Below are positions 1-8,931 of a stretch of DNA of 64,000 nt, one piece after another. How positions within the stretch are numbered: the stretch's first letter is position 1; every line of letters starts with the position of its first letter. The notes beneath the pieces were generated by a model. It was not told where the DNA came from. It did no database searches and saw nothing but the letters and a program-made list of their open reading frames with translations. The translations under genes were made by a program, and so were the position numbers. This stretch comes from Giardia intestinalis (lineage: Eukaryota): assembly GCA_000002435.2 (NCBI GenBank), contig CM018793.1. One strand, written 5' to 3'.

Positions 1-1691
1 GCTGCTACACATGCACGGCGCCAGGTGGCGGTACAGGGGCTGCCACGTGCACTGCATGCCAAGGAGGGTACGCTACGAAGGATGGTGCATGTGTGCAATG
101 CGGACCCGGCTGTTTGACGTGTGAGTCTGCTACGCCGACCCAGTGCACCGCCTGCCTTGGGGGGAAGTTCCTGAAGGGCACTGAGTGTGTAGAGGCTGGT
201 GGATGTGGTAGTGATAGCTATGCAGACCCAAAAGCAGACGAGTGCAAGGCCTGCGCTACTGACATAGCTGGGTGCGCGGCATGCGAATATAGTGACGCCA
301 CGGGAAAGCCGAGGTGCACCGATTGTAACGGGAAGCTGGTAAGAACTGCTGCCGACGGGACGACGACGTGCGTGGAAAAGACAGACGACGGCTGCAAAGC
401 CACCGATAGTGGGCTATTCATGAAAGACGACGCAACAGCGTGTATTCTATGCAGCGACACAGTGACAGAGCAAGAGAAGAAGAACCAGGGCATCGTCGGC
501 TGTAAGAAGTGCTCGAGGACTGGCGCCACACCGCCGACCTGCACAGAGTGCCTGGAGGGGTACATCAAGAACACCAACAGCGGCTTCACATGTGACGCCT
601 GTGGCGAGAACTGCGCAACCTGCTCTGAGAAAGCTGACAAGACCAAATGCCAAACCTGCAAGACCGGGTTCTTCTTGAGAGGGGGCACTTCCCCCGGCAC
701 ATGCGTCCCCTGTGATAACCCGACAGATGGAGTCGATGGGTGTGCAACGTGCACCTTCGCTGGCTCGTTGACCTGCAACTCCTGTAAGCCCAACTATCGC
801 AAGGAGGGAACCAATCCGGTGAAGTGCACAAAGGCCTGCGAGGACCCCACGGCCTGCGGGGGGACGTCTGGGGCCTGCGGGGCGGTCGTCGTTGACAGCG
901 CCGGGGCGTTCTCCCAGTACTGCTCGCTGTGCGGAGACCCCGCCACGTTCCCCATCGATGGCGTCTGCACAGGAACTAAGGGTGACAACACCTGTGCCAA
1001 TGGCGTCTGCACCCAGTGTGCTGCCGGGTACTTCCTGTACATGGGCGGCTGCTACAGTACTCAGAAGGCTCCTGGCAGCCACATGTGCAAGACTGCCGAG
1101 GGAGGGAGGTGCACCGCCCCCAGCGAGAACAGCCGGTACTTCCTGGTCCCGGGGGCATCCAATACTGATCAGTCTGTCCTGGCCTGCGAGAACCCCCTTG
1201 GCACAGTGATAGGGGCTGGCAGCACCGCTAAGGCATATGTGGGGGTATATGGCTGCACAGCATGCACGGCCCCAGCAGCGCTAGAGGCTCCTGGCATGGC
1301 CCCTGCCACGTGCACAGCGTGTAGCGGCAATAATAAACCCAACCTGGCTGGGAGCGGGTGCTTCACATGTACCATTGACGGATGCTCGCACTGTGGAGCA
1401 GGCGGCAAGTGCGAGGCCTGTACCAGTAAAGACCAGAGACCGAACACAGACGGAACGAAGTGCATCCCCTGCAGTATCGACGGGTGCGTCAGGTGCAGCG
1501 AGGAGAACAAGTGCGGTCAGTGCGGGGACGACTACAGTCTGGAGGGTGACAAGTGTGTGTCCTCTGGCGCCAACAAGAGTAGCGGGCTCTCCACGGGGGC
1601 CATAGCAGGTATCTCCGTCGCCGTGGTGGTCGTCGTGGCTGGCCTTGTGGGCTTCCTCTGCTGGTGGTTCATATGCAGAGGGAAGGCATGA
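1..1691 (+). CDS. Variant-specific surface protein (VSP), 5'-truncated by the window edge. Many CXXC motifs, a GGCY motif, a C-terminal TM helix, and the invariant CRGKA cytoplasmic tail.
   Basis: The ORF is open to position 1 and the upstream frame continues the CxxC pattern. It contains the motif 'GYFLYMGGCY' and ends '...AGLVGFLCWWFICRGKA*', the Giardia VSP hallmark. Local GC is high. Confidence 0.9.
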   Translation, partial: CYTCTAPGGGTGAATCTACQGGYATKDGACVQCGPGCLTCESATPTQCTACLGGKFLKGTECVEAGGCGSDSYADPKADECKACATDIAGCAACEYSDATGKPRCTDCNGKLVRTAADGTTTCVEKTDDGCKATDSGLFMKDDATACILCSDTVTEQEKKNQGIVGCKKCSRTGATPPTCTECLEGYIKNTNSGFTCDACGENCATCSEKADKTKCQTCKTGFFLRGGTSPGTCVPCDNPTDGVDGCATCTFAGSLTCNSCKPNYRKEGTNPVKCTKACEDPTACGGTSGACGAVVVDSAGAFSQYCSLCGDPATFPIDGVCTGTKGDNTCANGVCTQCAAGYFLYMGGCYSTQKAPGSHMCKTAEGGRCTAPSENSRYFLVPGASNTDQSVLACENPLGTVIGAGSTAKAYVGVYGCTACTAPAALEAPGMAPATCTACSGNNKPNLAGSGCFTCTIDGCSHCGAGGKCEACTSKDQRPNTDGTKCIPCSIDGCVRCSEENKCGQCGDDYSLEGDKCVSSGANKSSGLSTGAIAGISVAVVVVVAGLVGFLCWWFICRGKA

Positions 1692-1698
1692 CTTAGGT

Positions 1699-1705
1699 AG
1701 TAAAC
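1699..1705 (+). promoter_or_regulatory. Giardia poly(A) signal AGTAAAC, 8 nt after the VSP stop codon.
   Basis: AGTRAAY consensus lies immediately downstream of the TGA at 1689-1691. Confidence 0.5.
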
Positions 1706-2208
1706 GCGCCGATGAATCCTGCTCGCGACTTTCTGGGCACCAATTGCGAGGGAGCCCCCTGGTGCGTGATGGGTTCTAGGAATATGGTGAGCACGGGTGA
1801 TCCTGTAGGGCATGCAGCATCAGAAGAGAGCACCAACGTGGCCAGCGCTGGAAGGGCCACTAGACCCTGCATGGCCCGCGTGGATGAGTGGCGGAGGAGC
1901 AGAGGACGCGGGCGAGTGCTGCTAGATGGCCTGTGCACACGTGGAATTGCCATGACTACACAGTCGAGAGAGCTGGCGCAGAGTACTAGTAATGCGTGAT
2001 AGTCGCGAACGGGCCAGGACAGACAGGGACGCCATGCCAGCGCATGCAAGGGCGCTCCACAGTGTATGGGACGACGTGTCTGCTGTCGTGAACACAGATT
2101 CGAGAAGTGAGGCTGGCAGATGCCTGTGCTCTCTTGTAGCCTCTGAGGGTGCGGCCCAATCACTCGTTCAATCCAATCGCTTGGTCTTATTTTTGAAAAT
2201 AAACTGTC

Positions 2209-4806
2209 ATGGCCGACAATGGCAATAACGCATTCAGTCTTTCTGCAGTGACTCCCACCATCCCACCGTTCACCTTTAAGGAGCTCCACGAGCGGCTGAA
2301 TGGCGTGCTAGGAAGAGATGCCACAGGTGTAGTCTACTCCCTCGAAGGTTATCCGAGTCTCGCCGTGAAGGAGATCTTGCTTGAAGGCTTGGATAGGAGC
2401 AGCGTGGATACTATCAAGCTTGAGCTGGCCGCTCTTTTTACCCTCTTTCACCCGGGAGTCATCAAGTACCATCAAGTTGTCGAAGACGAAAGCTTCTTCT
2501 ACGTCGTCACGGACCGGCACGACAAGACCCTTGAGCGCCTCCTCACTGAGCACAAGCGAAGGAAGATCCCCGTGTCTGCCGGCGTGATTCTCTCTGTCAT
2601 GAAACAGCTCACCGCCGCCCTCGCCTACCTCCACAGCGTCAATGGAGCAAACACTAGAGGCCTCGTCCACCGCGACCTCAGGCCTGCCAATATATTTATC
2701 AACGCAGACGGAGAGCGCTTCGTCATCGCCGACTTCGGCCTCTGCAGGGACGCCCTGTGGAGTGGGAGCACTCTCATAGGAATAATGGCATACGTTGCCC
2801 CCGAGGTGCTCCTCCACAACGAGGCCAGCCCTGCCTCCGACGTATGGAGCCTCGGGGTCATCATTTATGAATTAGTAACTCTGAGGAGACCGGACTTCTT
2901 GGGGGGCAAGGAGCCGGCAGAGGTCTTCATCGATGGGTGGAGGCCGGACCTGAGCGGTGTCACTGATGGCTTCATAAAGAGTGTTCTGGAGCGGATATTC
3001 GTATTGGAGCCAGAGAGGAGGCCGACGGCCAGGGAGCTGCACGAGACGCTCGCTACATTCGACATCCCAGTTGGTGAGTTGGGAGGTCAGTGCGTGATGC
3101 TGAAGTATAAGTGCGGATCCTTGGAGGCTGCGCTGAATGGCGCTAACGCCAGGATCGCGCTGCTGGAAGAGGATGTTAAGATTAAATCTACTAAGATCGA
3201 CGCACTTGAAGACCAAAGTAAGGAACATCTAGCTATGATTAAGGCACTGGAGAATAGGCTTGCACAGTTCAGTGACAGGATGAACACGACTGACCCTCAG
3301 TCCAGCCTCTTTTTGCTGCCAAGGCTGATGCGTGCCGCGCATACGAATAGCACGGAGACCGTCTGGATGCTGCTTGAAGAAAGACTCGGCGTTGGTCAGC
3401 GTGACGCACAGGGGATGACGGCCCTCATGCACGCGGCCCAGCAGGGGCACGTTGATCCCGTCGAGTTGCTTGTTGGGGAGGAAAACGGCCTCCAGGACAA
3501 GAACGGCTGGACTGCGCTCATGCACGCCTCATACAACAACCATCCTGAGGTAACCAGGATTCTCATTCTTCACGAGTGTAGAGAGACAAACAAGAATAAT
3601 CAAACTGCTTTGATGATCGCCGCAGAGAAAGGCCATGCAGAAGTTGCATCCCTTCTGGCCTCACATGAAAAGGGTCTGGCTGACAATGAAGGCAAAACTG
3701 CCTTAATGGTTGCCGCACAAAAGGGGAATCTTGAAATGGTAAAAATCCTTCTTGGTCACGAAAAGGGAATAAAGGATAAGCAGAATCACAACGCCTTATA
3801 CTACGCTCTTAAGAATGGACATCCAGAACTCGTTGAGATCCTCGTAGAGCACGACGATCCTACAGATAAAGATGATATCACGGCACTCATGAGGGCAGCA
3901 GCCAGAGGAGATACTGAGATGGTAAAACTGCTTATACCAATCCAGAAAGGAATAAAGGATAGCAGTGGGAACACAGCGTTCGTGCATGCTCTCAATAATG
4001 ACCGTACAGACACTGCTATGATTCTTCGTGAATACGAGGCTTCATCCTGGACCCAACTCATGTGTGCTTCCTTCATTGGAGACATTGAAACAGTCAGGAA
4101 TCAGCTCTCTGACAAGGAAAAGAAGAATGATGATGGCGATACAGCTCTGACGCTTGCTGCACAAGCGGGCTACGAGGACGTCGTAGAGATTCTCAGCCCA
4201 ACAGATGGCAGAGGTACTACGGCTCTTATGCGGGCGGCAGATACAAACGATGTAGAGGTGCTGAAAACACTTATATCTCTTCAAAAAGGACGAAAAGCAG
4301 AATATGTCAAAATAGATAAATGGGAAATATACGAAGGAACAGCACTTATGAGAGCGGCAATATATGGATACACAGAAGCGGTGAGACAGCTAGTAGCTCA
4401 CGAAAGTGGAATGAAAGACAGTGACGGTCAGACTGCTCTCATCCTTGCTGCATATAACGGTCATCTAGAATGTATTAGATTACTCTTGAGTGAGGAGGGG
4501 GGCATGCAGGACAATAAGGGTAGAACTGCTCTCATGGGTGCAGTACGTAATAATCATCCAGAATGTGTCAAGCTACTTCTGGGCAGGGAGGCGGGGATGC
4601 ATGATAAGTACGGCTGGACTGCTCTTATATGGGCAATAGATAATAACAACATAGAGTGTGTAAGACTTCTTGCAGAGAAGGAAGGAGATGTTAGAAGAAC
4701 CCAGTACAATACAGAACCCCATTTAACTTGTGCATGTACAGAGACACCCCTCGACATGGCCAGGAAGAAAGGCTATGAGGAGATAGTGGCCATCCTTACA
4801 AAGTAG
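2209..4806 (+). CDS. NEK-family Ser/Thr protein kinase with a C-terminal ankyrin-repeat array (Giardia NEK-ankyrin kinase).
   Basis: Kinase motifs are present: AVKE (beta3 Lys), HRDLRPANIF, ADFGLC, YVAPEV. A coiled-coil linker follows, then more than 12 ankyrin repeats of the form 'G.TALM.AA..GH...V..LL'. The A/T-rich initiator 'gaaaataaactgtcATGg' precedes the start, and AGTAAAT at 4813-4819 follows the stop. Confidence 0.9.
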   Translation: MADNGNNAFSLSAVTPTIPPFTFKELHERLNGVLGRDATGVVYSLEGYPSLAVKEILLEGLDRSSVDTIKLELAALFTLFHPGVIKYHQVVEDESFFYVVTDRHDKTLERLLTEHKRRKIPVSAGVILSVMKQLTAALAYLHSVNGANTRGLVHRDLRPANIFINADGERFVIADFGLCRDALWSGSTLIGIMAYVAPEVLLHNEASPASDVWSLGVIIYELVTLRRPDFLGGKEPAEVFIDGWRPDLSGVTDGFIKSVLERIFVLEPERRPTARELHETLATFDIPVGELGGQCVMLKYKCGSLEAALNGANARIALLEEDVKIKSTKIDALEDQSKEHLAMIKALENRLAQFSDRMNTTDPQSSLFLLPRLMRAAHTNSTETVWMLLEERLGVGQRDAQGMTALMHAAQQGHVDPVELLVGEENGLQDKNGWTALMHASYNNHPEVTRILILHECRETNKNNQTALMIAAEKGHAEVASLLASHEKGLADNEGKTALMVAAQKGNLEMVKILLGHEKGIKDKQNHNALYYALKNGHPELVEILVEHDDPTDKDDITALMRAAARGDTEMVKLLIPIQKGIKDSSGNTAFVHALNNDRTDTAMILREYEASSWTQLMCASFIGDIETVRNQLSDKEKKNDDGDTALTLAAQAGYEDVVEILSPTDGRGTTALMRAADTNDVEVLKTLISLQKGRKAEYVKIDKWEIYEGTALMRAAIYGYTEAVRQLVAHESGMKDSDGQTALILAAYNGHLECIRLLLSEEGGMQDNKGRTALMGAVRNNHPECVKLLLGREAGMHDKYGWTALIWAIDNNNIECVRLLAEKEGDVRRTQYNTEPHLTCACTETPLDMARKKGYEEIVAILTK

Positions 4807-5525
4807 CCCTATAGTAAATGGCCAGCCTCTAGTAGTGCGCTTCCAACCACGTGGCAGTTACACTAGCAGGAATCTATAGAGGGCTTGTTCTGGATGTTAC
4901 TAGCTTGATGAGTGTGTGATTATTGAGTTGGACGCCAGTGGACTACTAGTACAACTATAATAGAGACCCAGAGGGGGAGGACGACAGCCATTCCAGAGCA
5001 GGAGATTTCGAGCATCCTCCGATGTCCTATGTATCTGTGCTTCCTGGCCGGTATCGGATGGCCGGCTTACTGGGACGTTGGAGGGATCGGTGATCCTGAC
5101 AGTATCAGCAGAACAGGCGAGCTGGCGGGGATGTTCTGTTCAGTACGTGTAGCCACGAGTGCTAATCCAGGGGTGCACAGCGGGATGTGCGGCCGTTCAG
5201 ACGGAGCCGTAGCTCTGCTCCATTGGCGTAGCCTACAATGTGCACTAGCGTAGGTATATCCCGCCAGTGAGCTTGGAAGCCGCCCCTTCATTGGATAAGC
5301 AGCCCAGAGCCCCTCAGTCACAACGCCTTCTTGTTCCAATGATGTGGTGTGTTGTACGGCAGAAAGCCACCGGTGTGGACTCGGAAGTAGTCCCAGCCAA
5401 GATAGGCTCTATTCTGTGCACGGTGAAGTCCGGCTGCTTTACACCCCAGGTTGGGGGTAGCAAAAAATCCCCCACTGTTGTGGGCAAAGAGCCAGCCCCC
5501 GGCAACTGAGGACATTTCCCTGAAC

Positions 5526-5750
5526 ATGGATCCCTGTCTTTCTGCGCTGAAAAGGACGCCGCCGTCGTTAACTGCAGAGACGCTCACGACGCTGGTACGG
5601 GCCTCGGATGACCCCGACGTAATCTCCGCCCTGTCGTCCCCTGCTGTCATCGATGCCCTGTCTGCAAAGGCCAGGTCCACGCCAGAGCGGGAGGAGGAGC
5701 TCACGGAGGTTCTCCTCTCGCAGCAAGTCTTTCTGGCTGCCATGGATTGA
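5526..5750 (+). CDS. Small hypothetical ORF (74 aa from the internal Met; the track ORF is 5451-5750). It sits in a ~1.1 kb stretch otherwise lacking a clear gene.
   Basis: Only ORF evidence. There is no recognisable domain and no strongly A/T-rich start context. Confidence 0.2.
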   Translation: MDPCLSALKRTPPSLTAETLTTLVRASDDPDVISALSSPAVIDALSAKARSTPEREEELTEVLLSQQVFLAAMD

Positions 5751-5888
5751 GTGCAGAAGAACCTGAACTGCGGCCATTAAAAATAGTTAGCGGAGAAGAT
5801 TACTTTGTTCAGTGCAACATCTTGTTCAGTTTATTCAGCCTTCTATCGTAGTTGTATTTCTCCCGCAAAATGCCCATAGATTCACAGA

Positions 5889-8621
5889 CTATATGTGAGT
5901 GGTCAGAGTCTCCTCTATATCGCTGTTGAGGAGAAGTGAGGTCGCAGAGGAAGACACAGAAAGAGCATCCTGTGGAGGCCTGTCAACTTTTTCTGCGGGT
6001 GGACAAATACCAGGGCTAATTACTTTTCCGAAGAGATCATTGTCTCGAGGAAGTGTCGCATGATTCTGTGCAATCCAAAAGTTCATGCTTTGACCTGCAA
6101 CCTTTCCATTGCCAAGGGCCTTGATGACGGTTGCAGCCCCAGTCTGAACATCTCCTGCGCAAAAGACACCTGGGACAGAAGTCTCGAAGTTCTCATCAGT
6201 AATCACAAGACCTTTGTCATTTATCTTCAAATTTTCTGTCGTCTTCACGATAATGTTATTAGGCCCAAATCCTACCGCAACAATAATCATACTACAGGCA
6301 AAAAAGGAAAATTCTCCATCCAAGGGCACAATAGCTCCTGCTTCGAAGGAGTTAACCTGGCACCTTAGTCCCTTTATGCCGGTACGGCTATCGTTAGGGA
6401 TTATTTCTAAGGGCGAATTTAAGGTAGCAAAGTAGACTCCTTCTGCTTCGGCACTCTCGATCTCCTCAAAACGCGCAGGAGAATCCTGTAGACGACGACG
6501 ATATACCACTACAACATCAGCTCCTAGCCTTCGTGCAGACGAAGCACAATCCATTGCAACATTTCCACACCCAATGACCACGACCTTTTTGCGTGGCTCG
6601 TTACTGTCAGCTCTGCTAATGAATGGAAATACACAGTTGTCTTCTAGGTTACACCTCTTCAAAAACTCGTTTGCTGTGAAGACACCTGGAAGGTCTTCTC
6701 CAGGGATGCCAAGGCTACGTGGTATTCCTACACCTGTACCGATGAATATGGCAGTGTACCCCTCGCTTTGGAGTTGTGGGATAGTGACGTCCTTCCCCAC
6801 GACAGTCTTTGTCTTTATATCGACGAGCCCCAAGCGCTTAACACTATTTATTTCGTGAGCAACTATTTGCTTTGGCAACCGGAACTTAGGGATTCCGTAA
6901 TTTAATACACCACCAGGCTGATCTAGTGCCTCAAAGATTGTAACATAATGACCCGCAAGTGCACACTCCCGGGCGGCTGCAAGACCTGTCGGGCCAGAGC
7001 CAATTATAGCAACTTTATACCCGGACAAAACTATCTCAGGCATATTTTTACCATCCTTAAGTGATTCATCCTCCAAATTGTTTTCGCGCACGTAGTCGGC
7101 AACAAACCGCTCTAGCTTCCCAATGCCAACAGGCTCTTTACCAGTACGACAAAGGATACACCCGTAATTTCCCTCTGCAGACTGGCACTGGTTCTCTTGA
7201 GGGCAGACACGTCCAGTAACAGACGGACAATTATGTGCAGTCTTTATGATTTTATATGCTCCAAGGAAGTCCCGCTCAGTGATCTTTTTAATGAACTGGG
7301 GTATTGGAACTTGTACTGGACAGCCCCTGACACACATAGGCTTCTTACACTGCAAGCACCGTGACGCCTCCATCAGTGCCATTTCTGGAGTGTAGCCTAG
7401 AGATATTTCGGCCCAGTTATGACAGCGAACTTTAGGATGCTGCATAGGCATTGGTGTCTGTGTGGGAGCAGGCTTTACTGAACGTACAGATGGACCCTTC
7501 TTGTGTGCATTACCAGCTGAAGATGTTGTAGACGAATAAATACTTGTCCCAAGTCTAAACTTCTCCCAAGAAATACGATGAGCGTCAACTTCTGGACCGT
7601 CGACAAAGACATAGCTAGTGCTAATCTTACCTTTGGAAAAGCTGGGATTAATATTGCTTCTGACAAACTCATCCAAATTAATGCATGGAATATGGGAAGG
7701 GACGTGTTCCTTACGAAGAGCATATTTATCATAAATGCTCGTGAGATACGGGAGCTCGTTATACAATTCTACCCGGAAAGTCCCGAGAAGCATGGACCCA
7801 TCGACTGTAACGGTGCTGAGAAGACCGATAGTGCGAATGCCGTAATCCCTAGTGAGTTCAGAAATCTTACGAAGCAATGGATAAGGTCCCATCACGTAGA
7901 CAAGGTCCACAGGTACATACTTCTGAGGAGTCTTCAGAGTTTCTTGAAGAAAATCTTCGAATACCCCTACAAGTCCCTTTTCCTTCTTTTCTGGAGGGAT
8001 TTCATCAGCAATCACCACTGAAAGAGCATCGACTGTTTCTGCAAGCTTGTTTTCTCCAACGAGCTGGTCCTTTGACGGAGCACCGATAAAAGCAGATACG
8101 CTGTTACCGGGCAGCTGATGGATTGACCTAGCGTATAGCTGAACAGGACCAAGCCCAGCCCCTTCTGCAACTACTGCTACGTGGCCCATCTTTGCTGTAA
8201 TATCAGCCGCATGACCTAAGGGCCCAGTAATTGATGACAGACTCTGACCTTCAGCAAAGGATACTATCTTGCTTGTTGCATGCGTTATGGATGAACAAAT
8301 GAACGTGATGGTCTTCTTAACGGGATCACAGTCGCTGATAGGGATCGGAAGTCTTTCGGAGGGAGCATAGGCTTTGACTGTGACGAAGTGCCCGGCCTTA
8401 CTGGCCTCAGCAACTTCAGGAGCGTAGCATGTCAGCTCAACCGTCTCGGGGTCTTTCCAGAGAACAGTTCGTTTTACAATTGTAAACGGCTTGACACTTG
8501 GGGCTGTCGGAGCCACGCCTACAGAGCTCGGTGTTTTATCTGCTGGAGTAACGTATCCGTCGTTTTCAATACATATCGGCGTAGCAGTATGGCTCATATC
8601 ATCAGTTGTATTCTGCTTCAT
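5889..8621 (-). CDS. Fused NADPH-dependent oxidoreductase. The N-terminal part is a PyrK/NfnA/SudB-like FAD/NAD-binding domain; the C-terminal part is a GltD/NfnB/SudA-like FAD-dependent pyridine-nucleotide oxidoreductase with an Fe-S Cys cluster. This is the 'glutamate synthase small-chain family'.
   Basis: The C-terminal half carries a Cys-rich 4Fe-4S region 'CLQCKKPMCVRGCPVQVPIPQFI...', the Rossmann motif 'VAIIGSGPTGLAAA', a second 'VVVIGCGNVAMDCA', and 'GVFCAGDVQTG', all typical of GltD/NfnB. The N-terminal ~330 aa resemble the ferredoxin-NADP-reductase-like subunit of sulfide dehydrogenase/Nfn. The start at 8621 is preceded by an A/T-rich context. Confidence 0.8.
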   Translation of the reverse strand: MKQNTTDDMSHTATPICIENDGYVTPADKTPSSVGVAPTAPSVKPFTIVKRTVLWKDPETVELTCYAPEVAEASKAGHFVTVKAYAPSERLPIPISDCDPVKKTITFICSSITHATSKIVSFAEGQSLSSITGPLGHAADITAKMGHVAVVAEGAGLGPVQLYARSIHQLPGNSVSAFIGAPSKDQLVGENKLAETVDALSVVIADEIPPEKKEKGLVGVFEDFLQETLKTPQKYVPVDLVYVMGPYPLLRKISELTRDYGIRTIGLLSTVTVDGSMLLGTFRVELYNELPYLTSIYDKYALRKEHVPSHIPCINLDEFVRSNINPSFSKGKISTSYVFVDGPEVDAHRISWEKFRLGTSIYSSTTSSAGNAHKKGPSVRSVKPAPTQTPMPMQHPKVRCHNWAEISLGYTPEMALMEASRCLQCKKPMCVRGCPVQVPIPQFIKKITERDFLGAYKIIKTAHNCPSVTGRVCPQENQCQSAEGNYGCILCRTGKEPVGIGKLERFVADYVRENNLEDESLKDGKNMPEIVLSGYKVAIIGSGPTGLAAARECALAGHYVTIFEALDQPGGVLNYGIPKFRLPKQIVAHEINSVKRLGLVDIKTKTVVGKDVTIPQLQSEGYTAIFIGTGVGIPRSLGIPGEDLPGVFTANEFLKRCNLEDNCVFPFISRADSNEPRKKVVVIGCGNVAMDCASSARRLGADVVVVYRRRLQDSPARFEEIESAEAEGVYFATLNSPLEIIPNDSRTGIKGLRCQVNSFEAGAIVPLDGEFSFFACSMIIVAVGFGPNNIIVKTTENLKINDKGLVITDENFETSVPGVFCAGDVQTGAATVIKALGNGKVAGQSMNFWIAQNHATLPRDNDLFGKVISPGICPPAEKVDRPPQDALSVSSSATSLLLNSDIEETLTTHI

Positions 8622-8931
8622 GGAGGCCTGTGATAATTTTTATATTCTACTATAGTTTATTAAATACTGTCAATATTGTTGATTATCAAGACTGGTACCA
8701 CAAATGTTGATGTGTAGGTTATTTGAAGAATTGTTGTAGATACATAAGTTGCCACAGAATTTCATCTCAAGTCATCCAGAGTTCAGTATTTTGAGAACAC
8801 CTTGCCATTAAGATTTTGTTATTCAGCTCTGCGCAGTTACTCCTGCGGCTCTCTATTGCTTTTTTGTGTGTCCTGTTCGTTATACGTCTCGCTTACGGAG
8901 CCTAGCTTAATATTTTGGACTTTGGGCTTTA
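8622..8931. promoter_or_regulatory. A/T-rich divergent intergenic region serving the minus-strand oxidoreductase gene and the plus-strand 1327-aa gene.
   Basis: A 310-bp spacer, strongly A/T-rich ('ataatttttatattctactatagtttattaaatactg...'), lies between the divergently oriented start codons at 8621 (-) and 8932 (+). Confidence 0.5.

Noticed and set aside
218..1510. Several minus- and alternate-frame ORFs (218-793-, 447-1082-, 892-1209+, 1169-1510-) inside the VSP gene.
   Set aside because: These are GC-rich coding sequences that generate long spurious ORFs in other frames. Their translations are Pro/Arg/Ala-rich nonsense, while the plus frame carries the VSP CXXC/CRGKA signature.
1692..2208. 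Searched the larger intergenic gaps (1692-2208, 4807-5525, 53957-54600, 47634-47872) for tRNA-like T-loop/acceptor patterns (GGTTCGA(A/T)TCC and complements).
   Set aside because: No such motif or cloverleaf-compatible inverted repeats were found by eye. A tRNAscan/Infernal run would be needed to exclude divergent ncRNAs.
5318..5743. 141-aa minus-strand ORF as an alternative gene in the 4.8-5.9 kb gap.
   Set aside because: It is low-complexity (Ser/Arg/Gly-rich), has a poor start context, and overlaps the equally weak plus ORF. Neither is supported beyond ORF length.
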